A DNA stretch of 64,000 nt from an uncultured delta proteobacterium (GCA_963769935.1 CAVYNY010000010.1:224001-288000), one strand, 5' to 3'. Counted from the stretch's first letter, positions 49,851 through 61,310 are shown. Notes: generated from the sequence alone by a model not told the origin. Translations and numbers: made by a program.

Positions 49851-52800
49851 ATGGAAAACAGGCAATTGAATACGGCAGTGCAGGGCGCCGTCATGGTCGT
49901 CGGCGGAGGGATTGCCGGCATGCAGGCGGCTCTGGACGTCGCAAATTCAGGCTACTATGTATATCTGGTGGAAAAATCTCCGGCCATCGGGGGGGCAATG
50001 GCCCAGCTGGATAAAACCTTCCCCACCAATGATTGTTCGATGTGAATCATCTCTCCCAAACTGGTCGAGGTCGGCCGGCACATCAACATCGAGTTGCTCA
50101 CCCTGTCGGAAGTGACGTCAATTGCGGGAGAAGAAGGCAATTTTGCGGTCACCGTTTTGCAGCAGCCACGCTACGTGGATCTGGAAAAATGCATTGCTTG
50201 CGGCCTTTGCGCCCAAAAATGCCCGAAAAAAGTTGATGACAAATACAATGAAAACTTGATTAAACGCAAAGCAATTTACGTTCCCTATCCCCAGGCGGTG
50301 CCCCTGAAATACGCCATTGACGCCGAAAACTGCATTTATCTTACCAAAGGGAAATGTGGCGCCTGTCAAAAGCTCTGCCCGGCGGGGGCTATCAATTTTA
50401 ACGACACCCAAAAGGAGATCAGGCTGCAGGTGGGCTCTGTCATCCTGGCGCCGGGATTTACCGCATTTGATCCGGCTCGCTTTGACTACTATTCCTATCT
50501 AAGCTCGCCGGATGTGGTAACCTCCCTCGAATTTGAACGGATTCTTTCGGCTACCGGGCCCTATTCCGGCCATCTGTTGCGCCCTTCCGGCATGCGTGGC
50601 CGGAGTCCGGCGGAACACCAGCCGCAAAAAATCGCCTGGCTGCAATGTGTGGGCTCCCGCGACCTCAACCGCTGTGACAACGGGTATTGTTCTGCGGTCT
50701 GCTGCATGTATGCCGTCAAGCAGGCTGTTATGGCAAAAGATCACAGCCGCACCGGCTTGGATTGCGCGATCTTTTACATGGACATGCGCACCCAGGGCAA
50801 GGATTTTGACCGCTACTACGAAAATGCCCAAAAAAGGGGCGTGCGCTTTATACCTGCCCGGATACACACCGTCCTGCCAATAGCGGGAAGCAACGACCTT
50901 CTGCTGCGCTATGTGGACGATAACGGCCGGCCGCAGGAAGAGGCCTTCGACATGGTGGTTCTTTCAACCGGCCTTGAAATCAGCCGGGATGCCATCGAAC
51001 TTTCGAATACCCTGGGTATAGAGCTGGACAAGTATCATTTTACCCGCTCGGACAGCTTTCATCCGGTGGCCACCTCAAGGCCGGGGATCTATGCCTGCGG
51101 GGCATTTACCGGGCCCAAAGACATCCCCCAATCGGTGATGGAAGCCAGTGCCGCGGCCTGCGCGGCCACCGAAAGCCTGGCTGCAGTCCGCAACACCCAA
51201 ACAAAAGCGGTTACAATACCGACGCAGCGCGACGTGAGCCGTGAGGTGCCCCGCATTGGGGTGTTCGTATGCAACTGCGGCATCAATATCGGCGGAATCG
51301 TCCGGGTACCGGAAGTCGCTGAATATGCCGGGACCCTGCCCGGTGTGGTGTACGTGGAAGAAAACCTTTTTACCTGTTCCCAGGACACCCAGGACAAAAT
51401 GACGGAAGTGATCCGCGAAAAGGCTCTAAACCGGGTGGTCGTGGCCGCCTGCACCCCCAGAACGCATGAAGGCTTGTTCCAGGAAACGCTGATTAATGCA
51501 GGGTTAAACAAGTATCTGATCGAAATGGCCAACATTCGCAACCAGGATTCATGGGTTCACTCCGATAATCCGGATGCGGCCACGAAAAAAGCCAAGGATC
51601 TTGTGCGCATGGCCGTGGCCAAGACCCTGTTTTCCAGCCCCCTGCAGGAGACCGCTCTGCCGGTGAGCCGGTCTGCGCTGGTGGTCGGTGCCGGTGTGGC
51701 CGGCATGACGGCCGCGTTGTCGCTGGCCCGGCAGGGATATCCGGTACATCTGGTGGAAAAATCCGACTTTTTAGGCGGCAACGCCCGCAACCTTCATAAA
51801 ACCTATCAGGATGAAGATATCGCGAGCTTTTTAGCGGATTTGATTCGACAAGTTGAAGCTGAACCACGCCTCAGCGTGCACCTGGGGACAACTATCAGCG
51901 CGGTTGAGGGGTTTGTCGGAAATTTTAGGATTGGGCTTTCAAACGGGTCTTCCCAGGAGACACTGAACTGCGGGGTTGCGATTCTGGCCATTGGCGCCGA
52001 AGAGTCCAAGCCGAAAGAATACTTGTACGGCGAGCATGCCGCCGTTGTCACTCACCTGGAAATGGATGAAATGCTCAGAAATGATGATCTGAGGATCCAG
52101 CGCGGCGGCGATGTGGTTTTCATCCAGTGTGTCGGCTCCAGAAACGAAGAACATCCCTATTGCTCGAAGGTGTGCTGTACCCACGCCATCAAGAGTGCTC
52201 TGGAACTGAAAAAGCGAAATCCTGAAATCAACGCTTACATTCTGTATCGCGATATCAGGACCTACGGAGAAAGAGAGGACCTCTACCGGGAAGCAAGAAG
52301 CCGGGGGATTCTTTTTTTCCGTTACCGGCCTGATGAAAGGCCGGAGGTCGCTGCGAGCGGCGACCGCGTGGCCGTCAGGTTTAACGATCCCATCCTCGGA
52401 CGCCGGCTGAGCGTCGATGCGGACATTCTTTGTCTGGCGGCGGCCATTGTGCCCCATGAAGATCTTGGTCTTGCCCGGTCTTTCAAGGTCCCCGTTGATG
52501 CCGATGGCTGGCTGCTGGAAGCCCACCAGAAGCTCAGGCCGGTAGAGTTCGCAACCGAGGGGGTTTTTCTGTGCGGAATGGGACACTATCCCAAACCGAT
52601 CGAAGAGAGCATCGCCCAGGCCCGGGCGGCCGCAGCCAAGGCGCTGACGATCCTGGCCTGCGAAAATATCATGGTCGGCGGGATTGTCGCTCACATCGAG
52701 CCCGGATTGTGCTCCGGGTGCCTGGGATGCATCAATGTTTGTCCCTATGCGGCCATCACGTTCAATGCTGAAAAAAGAATTGCCGAAGTTAATCAGGCCC

Positions 52801-52913
52801 TGTGCAAAGGATGTGGGGCCTGCGCGGCGGCATGCCCGTCGGAAGCGCCGGTTCTGGCCGGATTCAGCAACAGGCAGATTTATGCCCAGATCAAGAGTGC
52901 AATGAGCGCGTAA
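49851..52913 (+). CDS. hdrA: Heterodisulfide reductase subunit A-like selenoprotein (1020 aa, tandem FAD modules; Sec65 at TGA 50043-50045)
   Basis: [19 protein letters not shown] read in frame; GGGIAG and GAGVAG Rossmann motifs; two QCVGSR/CSxVCC motifs; several 4Fe-4S motifs. Confidence 0.92.
50061..50078 (+). promoter_or_regulatory. Bacterial SECIS-like hairpin of hdrA
   Basis: CTGGTCG-AGGT-CGGCCGG stem-loop 15 nt after the TGA. Confidence 0.7.
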
Positions 52914-53075
52914 GCCTGCTGGTGCCGGTTGTTTGAAATTATTTGAGTGTTTTTGGGGCCCCAATTGGCAATGTTGAAAAAACGGGAAGGGAAACAGCCC
53001 CGTTGCCGGCCGGACCCACCTCAAACTTTAGTTCCCGGAAAGGCTTTCCGGCTTTATCCGGGGTCAGGAGAAGAT

Positions 53076-53561
53076 GTGAATCAAGAACAGTTCGAACCGA
53101 AAATTCTGGCTTTTATATGTAACTGGTGTGCATACGGCGCCGCGGATCTGGCCGGCGTCAGCCGCCTGCAGTATCCCCCCAATGTGCGCGCGATTCGGGT
53201 CATGTGCTCGGCCACTGTATCGCCGCATCATATTTTAAGGGCGCTGCAGGATGGCGCCGACGGTGTTTTGGTCGGCGGGTGACACATCGGCGACTGCCAT
53301 TACCTGTATGGTAATCACATGACGATTAAACGAATCACGTTTGTGCAGGAACTGCTGCGCTTTATGGGTCTTGAGGCGCGTCTCCACCTGGCATGGATAT
53401 CTTCAGCCGAAGCCCAGAAATTCGTCCAGGTGGTCACCGATTTTACGGCAAAAATCAGAGCGCTCGGACCGAATCCCCTGAAAGGGTATAGCGGATTCGT
53501 AAAAGCGGCCGGGTTGGAACCTGCTGCCGGTTTTGCAGAAAGCCATCCCGCCCGGCAGTAG
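53076..53561 (+). CDS. mvhD: MvhD/FlpD [2Fe-2S] selenoprotein (Sec69 at TGA 53280-53282)
   Basis: [36 protein letters not shown] and WISSAE in one frame; GTG start after AGGAG. Confidence 0.92.
53295..53313 (+). promoter_or_regulatory. Candidate SECIS hairpin of mvhD
   Basis: TGCCAT...ATGGTA stem 12 nt after the TGA; loop less canonical. Confidence 0.5.
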
Positions 53562-53610
53562 AATCCAAGCGGCCGAATACCGGTGCGTCGACTTGGTAGT
53601 GGAGAAGGAT

Positions 53611-54429
53611 ATGCATACTGAAATAAAACGCTGGCTTGAAAACGGAATCGTGGACGTTTTTCTGGGTTACAAAATGGTGATGAAACACCCCTTGCCGTAT
53701 TGTTTTGTCAAAGAAAAAATTGAGGAGGTGGATGAGCTGATCGTCGGGCCGGCCCGTTATTCCCTCGAAAAGATCGCCACGCATATTGCCGCCGCAAAGC
53801 CCGACATTAAGATCGGAATGCTGGCCCGCGACTGCAACCAGCGGGCATTAAACGTTTTGGCTATCTGGAATCAACTCAACCCGGAGCATATCAAAACCGT
53901 CAACGTGAATTGCTGCCCGTCCAATCTCAAAAAACATGGGGATTGCTCTTACCTGGACTCGGAAACGCCGGGATCCTACAAACAGAAGGTGGGAGTGGAC
54001 AATACCCTTGGCCCGCCGGACGTTGAGCGATTCAGTCAAGAGGAGCGGCTATCCAGGTGGATGTATGAATTTCAGAAATGCATCAAGTGTTACGGATGCC
54101 GGAATGTCTGCCCGGTCTGTTTCTGTAAAGAGTGCAGTCTGGAACACCGGGATTTGATCGCAACCGGTGCGCTGCCGCCGGAAGTGCCGGTCTTCCATCT
54201 GATCCGGGCCGTGCACATGGCCGGCCGGTGCATCGACTGCGGGCTGTGTGAGGATGCCTGTCCGGTGGATATCCCGCTGCGGCTGCTCTACCGCAAGGTC
54301 AATGAAATCGTCGTCAATGTTTTTAATTATGAAACCGGATCCGGTCCCGGCCAGTCGCCTTTCAGCATTTTGGGTGATACGGTAACCTTGGAACCGAAAC
54401 CGATCGAACTCGCAAAAACGGAAAGCTAA
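53611..54429 (+). CDS. FdhB-like 4Fe-4S protein (methanogen formate dehydrogenase beta-like, shortened)
   Basis: CIKCYGCRNVCPVCFC and RAVHMAGRCIDCGLCEDACP motifs. Confidence 0.82.
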   Translation: MHTEIKRWLENGIVDVFLGYKMVMKHPLPYCFVKEKIEEVDELIVGPARYSLEKIATHIAAAKPDIKIGMLARDCNQRALNVLAIWNQLNPEHIKTVNVNCCPSNLKKHGDCSYLDSETPGSYKQKVGVDNTLGPPDVERFSQEERLSRWMYEFQKCIKCYGCRNVCPVCFCKECSLEHRDLIATGALPPEVPVFHLIRAVHMAGRCIDCGLCEDACPVDIPLRLLYRKVNEIVVNVFNYETGSGPGQSPFSILGDTVTLEPKPIELAKTES

Positions 54430-54443
54430 ACAAGGAGTAAGCA

Positions 54444-56489
54444 ATGCAGTGCAAGTTAGTGCCCTCGATCTGTTCATACTGCGGAACCGGTTGCGGAATC
54501 CTCTTTGAAGTGATTGATGGCAAAATCAACAGCACCCTGCCGATGAAAACCCATCCGGTCAATGAGGGCAAGCTGTGCATCAAAGGCTGGAACCTGCATG
54601 AGCATGTGAACAGCTTCATGCGCCTGAAGCAACCGCTGGTTAAGACGTTTGGCAGATTCATCAAGGCCGAATGGGACGAAGCCATTCAGATAACGGCGGA
54701 GCGTTTCCGCGAAATCATCGAAAAGTACGGCCCGGATGCCGTCGGCGTGCTGGTATCGGCCAAAATAACCAATGAAGAAAATTATCTGGCTCAAAAATTT
54801 GCCAGAGCTGTGATCGGCACCAACAACGTCGATCACTGCGCCCGTCTCTGACACTCTTCGACGGTGGCCGGTCTGGCCGCCGCTTTCGGCAGCGGTGCCA
54901 TGACGAATTCCATTGCGGATATCGAAGAGGCCGGCTGCATATTTGTAATCGGGTCCAATACCACGGCCTGCCACCCGCTGATCGCCCGGCGTATCTTCCG
55001 GGCCAAGGAAAAAGGTGCCAAACTGATCGTGGCGGATCCGAGAAACATCCAGCTTTCCCGCTTTGCGGATGTGGCGGTCAATCATCGGCTGGGCAGCGAT
55101 GTGGCCCTGCTGAACGGCATGATGCACATTATCATCAAAAACGGCTGGCATGCCAAAGACTACATTGCGCAGCGGACCGAGGACTACGGCGCTCTGGAAA
55201 AGGCCGTCAGCGAATACACCCCGGACAGGGTCGCCGGCCTGACCGGGGTTGACCGCAAGCACCTGGAACGCATGGCCGAACTCTACGCTACGCATCCGCC
55301 GGCCAGCCTTTTGTATGCCATGGGCATTACCCAGCACACCACGGGTGTAGATAATGTCAAGTCCTGCTGCAATCTGGCGATGCTGTGCGGCAATGTAGGG
55401 GTTCGCGGTGGCGGCGTGAATCCATTGAGAGGCCAGAACAATGTTCAAGGGGCCTGTGACATGGGAGGATTGCCCAACGTGCTGACCGGCTATCAGCCCG
55501 TGGCTGACCCGGGCGTCCGCAAAAAATTTTCCGAGGCATGGGGGAAACCGCTTCCCGAGCGCCCCGGTCTAACCATAACGGACATGATCCCCGCCATGCT
55601 GGAAGGAAAACTCAAGGCTTTGTATGTGATCGGGGAGAATCCCAAACTGAGCGACCCGGACTGGAACCACCTGAATCATGCCCTTAAAAAACTTGATTTT
55701 CTGGTTGTTCAGGAGCTGTTTTTATCGGAAACCGCCCAGGTGGCCGATGTGGTGTTGGCGGCCGCATCGGTGGCTGAAAAAGAAGGCACGTTTACCAATA
55801 CGGAACGCCGCTGTATGAGGATTCACAAGGCAATTGAGCCCATCGGCAACACTCTGGCTGACTGGGAAATCATCTGCCGGCTTTCAAACGCCATGGGCTA
55901 CGGGATGAATTACGAAACCCCTGAAGAAATATTCAACGAAATGGTATCCCTGACCCCCAAAAGCTATGCCGGCATGACGTACGAGCGGTTGGGCTTAGAC
56001 GGTCTGCAGTGGCCGTGTCCGGACGGCGATCACCCGGGAACTCCCTACTTGCACAAAGATCAATTTACCCGGGGCAAGGGCAAATTTCACGCCATCGAAT
56101 ATCAGGATCCAGCGGAAATGCCTGATGAAAATTACCCTTATTTTCTGACCACCGGCCGAATGTTTGCCCATTTTCACACCGGCACAATGACCAGAATTTC
56201 GCCGCATCTGGATGTCGAGCAGACAACCGGCTATGTTTCCATCAACCCGAAGGACGCCGAGGCCTTGGTAGTCAAAGAGGGAGATGTGCTGGTTCTTTCG
56301 TCGCGCAGAGGCCGGTTGGAAGCTCCGGCAAAAATAAGCCCTGCGGTAGAACCCGGCACCCTTTTTCTGCCCATCCACTTTGGCGAAAACCCGACCAATG
56401 TGCTGACGAGCGCCGAGGCGGTTGACCCCCTGGCCAAAATCCCGGAATTTAAGGTGAGCGCTGTTAAAGTTGAAAAATTGTCGGTCTAG
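54444..56489 (+). CDS. fdhF: Cytoplasmic Mo/W formate dehydrogenase alpha subunit, selenoprotein (Sec136 at TGA 54849-54851)
   Basis: CSYCGTGC, NNVDHCARL-U-HSSTVAGL, LRGQNNVQG and KIPEFK motifs; no Tat signal. Confidence 0.95.
54862..54882 (+). promoter_or_regulatory. SECIS hairpin of the fdh alpha gene
   Basis: CGGTGGCC-GGTCT-GGCCGCCG stem-loop 10 nt after the TGA. Confidence 0.78.
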
Positions 56490-56674
56490 GCGAGACGGCC
56501 GGCATTGATGGCTCTCCATTGGCGGGTCGGGCAACCGTGCCCCAGTGAGCTTGCCCGAGTGTTTCTTGAGGATAACATTGAATAAATAAGCTCTGATAAA
56601 AAAGGTTGGTATAATAGCGCAACAGGATAAAAAACGAAGGCATGATCCAAGATATTTGAAGGTTATGCAGTTCT

Positions 56675-57415
56675 CTACCCTTGATCCCCGGCCCAATGGT
56701 AAAGAAAATCAACTATATCCTCAATATACTTATTACCGGCGGCGGCTGTTGCCGGCCGTGGGTCCCCCAGGACACCGTTTTCATCCAGATTTTGAATGCC
56801 GTCGAAGACCCGGGACATGATCTCCGATAACTCCCCGACAAATCCCGCGACCGCCTGATCCATTTTTACCTGCTCCGGCCGCAAAGCCAGCAGAAGCGAC
56901 GTTTCCCACTCGCCCGAATGGGCGCCGGATTGAGCGGCATTTACGCCAAAATTCCCTGAGCTTTCAAAGGCTGCTTTCACAAACCCTTCCAAATCCGTAA
57001 AGGCCAGTACCTTTACATTATCAACCGGTTTCAATTTCGCCAATGTCTCCGCCAGAGGCTTGAAATTTCCCCCGTGGGTCGGCAAGAGCACAATGCGCCG
57101 GAAACCATGGCGGGACAGGCTTTTTACCACATCGATCACCACCCGCTGAAATGTCTCCCGGCTCAAAGATATGGTTCCGGGAAAGGACAAATGATGCTCG
57201 GAGCAGCCGAAGCGCACCGTTGGTGCCAGAAATGCCTCCAGCCGCTCGGCCAATCCCCAGCCGATTTCATCGCCCAACACGGCATCCGTACCCAGGGGCA
57301 AATGCCTGCCGTGCTGCTCGGTGGAGCCAAGCGGCACGACCACCGTGTCCCTTCCATTTTCGATCTCTGCTTTTACTTCGGCCCAGGTCATTCGATCAAG
57401 ATGCAATGCCGTCAT
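56675..57415 (-). CDS. Creatininase/MftE-family amidohydrolase
   Basis: PLGSTEQHGRHLPLGTD, SEHH, HGGN, HSGEWETS and GVLGDP motifs. Confidence 0.9.
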   Translation of the reverse strand: MTALHLDRMTWAEVKAEIENGRDTVVVPLGSTEQHGRHLPLGTDAVLGDEIGWGLAERLEAFLAPTVRFGCSEHHLSFPGTISLSRETFQRVVIDVVKSLSRHGFRRIVLLPTHGGNFKPLAETLAKLKPVDNVKVLAFTDLEGFVKAAFESSGNFGVNAAQSGAHSGEWETSLLLALRPEQVKMDQAVAGFVGELSEIMSRVFDGIQNLDENGVLGDPRPATAAAGNKYIEDIVDFLYHWAGDQG

Positions 57416-57517
57416 TGGAGGTCTCCCCGCAGGTTAAAATTCGATAGATCTTTCGTGCTTTCGTGATAAATTTCTTTTTTGCTTCCGGCTCTTCCAAATT
57501 ATGTTTTAGAAGTCAGA

Positions 57518-59569
57518 TCAGGCTTCAGCTGCCCTGCGGGTACGATTGATCCGGGGATCATGAAATTTTTGCCTCAGGACCACCACCACAAACGCGGCCC
57601 AACCGAGCAGGTCCGCCCACAGGTCGGTCCAGAACAATCCGGCCGCCGCCACCGCAAACAAGGCCGTTTCCAGCCAGGTCGCCGGCCGTATGAAATAGCG
57701 CTCCAACGCCGAGGTAAAGGCCACCAGTCCCACCGTGGTGGTAAGCATGGTATAGATGACCTCCCAGTGGAGCAGTTCATAGTTGGGGCCCATCCCGAGC
57801 AGCGGACGGTAGGCCATGATAATGGGAATGACATACAGTCCTTTGGCCAGTTTCCAGGAAGTAAACGCGGTTCGCATGGGATTGGCGCCGGCCACGCCGG
57901 CTGCGGCAAAACTCGCCAGGCTTACCGGCGGCGTGACGTTGGCATCCTGGGAATACCAGAACACGATCATATGGGATACCAGCAGGGGCACGCCCATATC
58001 CAGCAAGGCCGGGCCGGCCAGGGTTGCCAGCACGATGTAGCTGGCCGTTACCGGCAGCCCCATGCCCAGGACCAGCGACGCAGCGCCGATCAGCAGTATC
58101 GCCAGGGCCTCGATGCCGAAACTGAGATCCAAAACCAGGCTGGAAAACTTGAGGCCCATGCCGGTCAGTGTGACCATGCCGACAATGATGCCGGCGGCCG
58201 CACAGGCCACCGAGACCATAATCGCGTTGCGGGCGCCCTTCTCCAACGAGCCCATTATCTGTTTGAATTCATTGCGGCCGAAATCATACAGGCTCCTGCG
58301 GGCCGGATCGCCGTTCGGTAGTTGATTGGCGGACACCGCCCAACGCACGGCATTGGCAATCAGACTGGCGGCAAATGTGCTCAAAACAGCCACAAAACCC
58401 GCCATCATGGGCGAATAGTTGGCCATCAGAACATAAATCAGAATGGCCAGAGGAATGATAAAGTGCAGTCCTTTACGCAAAACAATGGGGATTTTGGGCA
58501 GATTTTCCTTGGGCTGTCCTCTCAGGTTTTGTTTCTGGGCCTCGAAGTGCACGAAAAACAGCACGGTCAGGTAGTACATGATCGCCGGGACCAGGGCCAC
58601 CTTGATGATGGTCAGATAGCTGGTGTTGGTGAATTCCGCCATCAAAAAGGCCCCGGCACCCATAATCGGCGGCATGAGCTGGCCGCCGGTAGAGGCGGCC
58701 GCCTCGATCGCACCGGCCACATGGGGACGGTAGCCGACGCGCTTCATCATGGGAATGGTGAAGGTACCGGTGGCCACCACATTGCCGACGGCGGAACCGG
58801 AAACCGAGCCCATGAAACCCGAGGCCACCACAGCGGTTTTGGCCGGTCCGCCTGAAAAACGGCCGGTCAGGGCGTACGCCAGATCGATGAAAAAGTTGCC
58901 GCCGCCGGTTGCTTCCAGCACGGCTCCGAAAAGCACGAATACATAGACAAAAGTGGCGGCCACGCCGATGGGCAGGCCGAAAATGCCCTCGGTGGTCAGC
59001 CACAGGGTGGTGGCAATCCGCTCGATGCTGTAACCTTTGTGAATGATCAGTTCGGGCATGTAGGGACCGTATAAGGCATAGGCAATCGCCGCTATGCAAA
59101 TGCCGGTCATGAAGAGCCCGATCACCCTGCGGCAGGCCTCCAGCACGAGAATCGTGCCGATGATACTGATTACCAAATCGCTGGGCAGCCAGTCTCCCTG
59201 CCGCTCAAAAATCGCATCGAGATTATAGCAGATGTAGATGACACAGACGGCGGACAGCAACACCAGGGCCCAGTCCAGAATCAACCAGAAGTTGAATTTA
59301 TCCTTGCGCACCCCTTTAAACGGCGGTTTTAGTAGAAAGGTCAGCGACAGGATCGCACCCAGATGAATGGAGCGTTGCACCAGGGCCGTCAAGGCGGCAA
59401 TCCCGGCAGTGTACAGCTGATACAGGCTTAAACTAATGGAGAGCACCATTACGATTGCGGCTGTCGCCTGCACCAAAGACAGATTGCGATCGGCGGGTGG
59501 GCGGCTCCCGGCCGCTATTCCACTTGCAGGTTGGTTGAATTTTGCGTTTGAAGTTTCCCCTGGCATCAA
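57518..59569 (-). CDS. TRAP transporter fused 4TM/12TM permease (TAXI type)
   Basis: EGIFGLP, GGPAKTAV, ASTGGQLMPPIMGA, GMGLP and VTPPV motifs. Confidence 0.92.
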   Translation of the reverse strand: MMPGETSNAKFNQPASGIAAGSRPPADRNLSLVQATAAIVMVLSISLSLYQLYTAGIAALTALVQRSIHLGAILSLTFLLKPPFKGVRKDKFNFWLILDWALVLLSAVCVIYICYNLDAIFERQGDWLPSDLVISIIGTILVLEACRRVIGLFMTGICIAAIAYALYGPYMPELIIHKGYSIERIATTLWLTTEGIFGLPIGVAATFVYVFVLFGAVLEATGGGNFFIDLAYALTGRFSGGPAKTAVVASGFMGSVSGSAVGNVVATGTFTIPMMKRVGYRPHVAGAIEAAASTGGQLMPPIMGAGAFLMAEFTNTSYLTIIKVALVPAIMYYLTVLFFVHFEAQKQNLRGQPKENLPKIPIVLRKGLHFIIPLAILIYVLMANYSPMMAGFVAVLSTFAASLIANAVRWAVSANQLPNGDPARRSLYDFGRNEFKQIMGSLEKGARNAIMVSVACAAAGIIVGMVTLTGMGLKFSSLVLDLSFGIEALAILLIGAASLVLGMGLPVTASYIVLATLAGPALLDMGVPLLVSHMIVFWYSQDANVTPPVSLASFAAAGVAGANPMRTAFTSWKLAKGLYVIPIIMAYRPLLGMGPNYELLHWEVIYTMLTTTVGLVAFTSALERYFIRPATWLETALFAVAAAGLFWTDLWADLLGWAAFVVVVLRQKFHDPRINRTRRAAEA

Positions 59570-59595
59570 TCAATTTCTAACCCGGACAAGCCGGA

Positions 59596-59714
59596 ATTGA
59601 AAATTTAATATTGCATATTGAATATTTGTTGATGTCGCTCCACTCCGTCCTTATTAATATGGCCCCGCCGGAGGCGGGCCTTAAATATTCAATTTTCAGT
59701 CGAAAAAATTCAAT
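59596..59714. repeat. Dispersed palindromic repeat, copy 2
   Basis: Aligns end to end with the reverse complement of 27359-27486. Confidence 0.8.
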
Positions 59715-59722
59715 CATTTAAA

Positions 59723-60265
59723 CTATGGGCCTAGTACCGGCGTAGCCGGATGCGGAAAAAAACGGCGCCACCAACTGTAGAGCAGACTTACCGGTCGTGC
59801 CGAAAAACGCACGGCCTGATGCGGAGCCACAGCCGACAGGTTCGTGGCGGTTCCCCGCCAGATGATGGTGTGGTCCACCCCGGGGCTGCCGATTCGCAGG
59901 ACAAAGTTTCCGGTCGGCATATGCATGTTCTCGATGGCCTCATAGGGTCCCCGCTGAACCATATGTCCTACGCCCGGCATGCGCCCCATCCCGGCACCAA
60001 ATTTCAGATATCGCTCTTCTTCAATATAAATGCGCCCCGTTTCATCCAGGCTGTGCTCTTCCCAGATGGGGGCGTTTTCAACCGAGTGGTAATAGTGCAG
60101 GGTAAAGCGCTCGCCCGGCTCCAGGGGTAAGACCAGCAGCGGCGGTCCGCCTTTTACCGGAACAACCCGCAGTTCCAGTCCGCCGCGGGCAAGCAAACCC
60201 GCCGCAATAAAAATTAAACCGACGCCGACTGCCCACAATAAGGGCCGCCGGCTGAAATTCGTCAA
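59723..60265 (-). CDS. DUF1850-domain protein
   Basis: FTLHYYHSVE and FGAGMG motifs; sits between the TAXI and permease genes. Confidence 0.8.
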   Translation of the reverse strand: MTNFSRRPLLWAVGVGLIFIAAGLLARGGLELRVVPVKGGPPLLVLPLEPGERFTLHYYHSVENAPIWEEHSLDETGRIYIEEERYLKFGAGMGRMPGVGHMVQRGPYEAIENMHMPTGNFVLRIGSPGVDHTIIWRGTATNLSAVAPHQAVRFSARPVSLLYSWWRRFFPHPATPVLGP

Positions 60266-60275
60266 GACATCTCTC

Positions 60276-61260
60276 CTATGGCATCAGCGCGGCCGGCACG
60301 GAAATACCTTTTTCTTTCAAATACTTGACTGTCCCCGGATGCAACGGAATGGGTGAGTATTTTACCGCGTTTTCCGGTGTCGTGTAGGAAGCCGAAGGAT
60401 GAATTTTAAGCAAATAGTCCTGATGATCGTAAAGGGCTTTCACCAGATTGTATACCAGGTCCGTATCCAGCGACTTCTGACAAATCATCACGTTCCAAAC
60501 ACCGATGGTCGGAACCGGTTTGTCGACTCCCCGGTAAACGCCGCCGGCCAGATCGACAGCCGAATATTCCTGATTGGCGGCCAGAATCCTTTTTTGCTGC
60601 TCGGGCGTAATGGCAATAATCTGGATATCATGGGTAGTTGCCAAGATCCAGAATGGAGCTGGTGCCGGGTCCCACCGACCAGAATCCCACATCGATTGTG
60701 CCGTCCCGCAATGCGTTGGCCGTTTCGGTAAATGACAGCCGGCTGTCGCTGTAAGAATCCAATGGAATCCCAAGGGCTTTGAACACCGTCTCGGACATAA
60801 AATTGGTTCCGCTGCCGGGGCTGCCCGAGCTGATTTTTTTTCCTTTGATCTGTTCAATGTCGGTGATTCCGCTTTTTTTCAGCACGACCACCTGCAGCAG
60901 GTTGGGATACATGACGGCCATCGACAGGATATTGTATTTCTTGCCCTGAAACTTGGACAGTCCGCTGAAACCGGCCACCGCCACATCCCCCATGACCTCA
61001 CCGACCACGGTTTCCCCCTTGTCGGCCAGTTTAACATTCTCCACGCTCGCGCCGGTGACCTCGGCCACCGCCTTAACGCCTTTGACGTACTTGGTCCAGA
61101 TCTCAGCCACGCCGCCGCCGTAGGGGTAGTAAATGCCGCCCGTGCCGCCCGTGCCGATGGAAATAAATTGCGTCTTGGCCGACGCGGGCCCCGCCAATAT
61201 GAGAACGGAGCACAATATCACAACGCCGGTCAGGAAAATTTTAAGATTCAATTTTTTCAT
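60276..61260 (-). CDS. TAXI-family TRAP solute-binding protein; +1 frameshift near 60640
   Basis: IGTGGTGGIYYPYGG, TGASVEN, GSPGSGT; C-half (LATTHDIQ...PLHPG) lies in another frame. Confidence 0.85.
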
Positions 61261-61310
61261 GGTAGCACCCTCCTTTTTGTCTTAGAGATAAATGACGCGA
61301 TCGGAGCAGC

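Noticed and set aside
49851..56489. hdrA, mvhD and fdh as pseudogenes or split genes, as the ORF track implies
   Set aside because: All three stops are in-frame TGA at conserved Cys/Sec positions with downstream hairpins
56675..57415. Mycofactocin system (MftE-like gene)
   Set aside because: No mftA precursor, mftB or radical SAM mftC in the window
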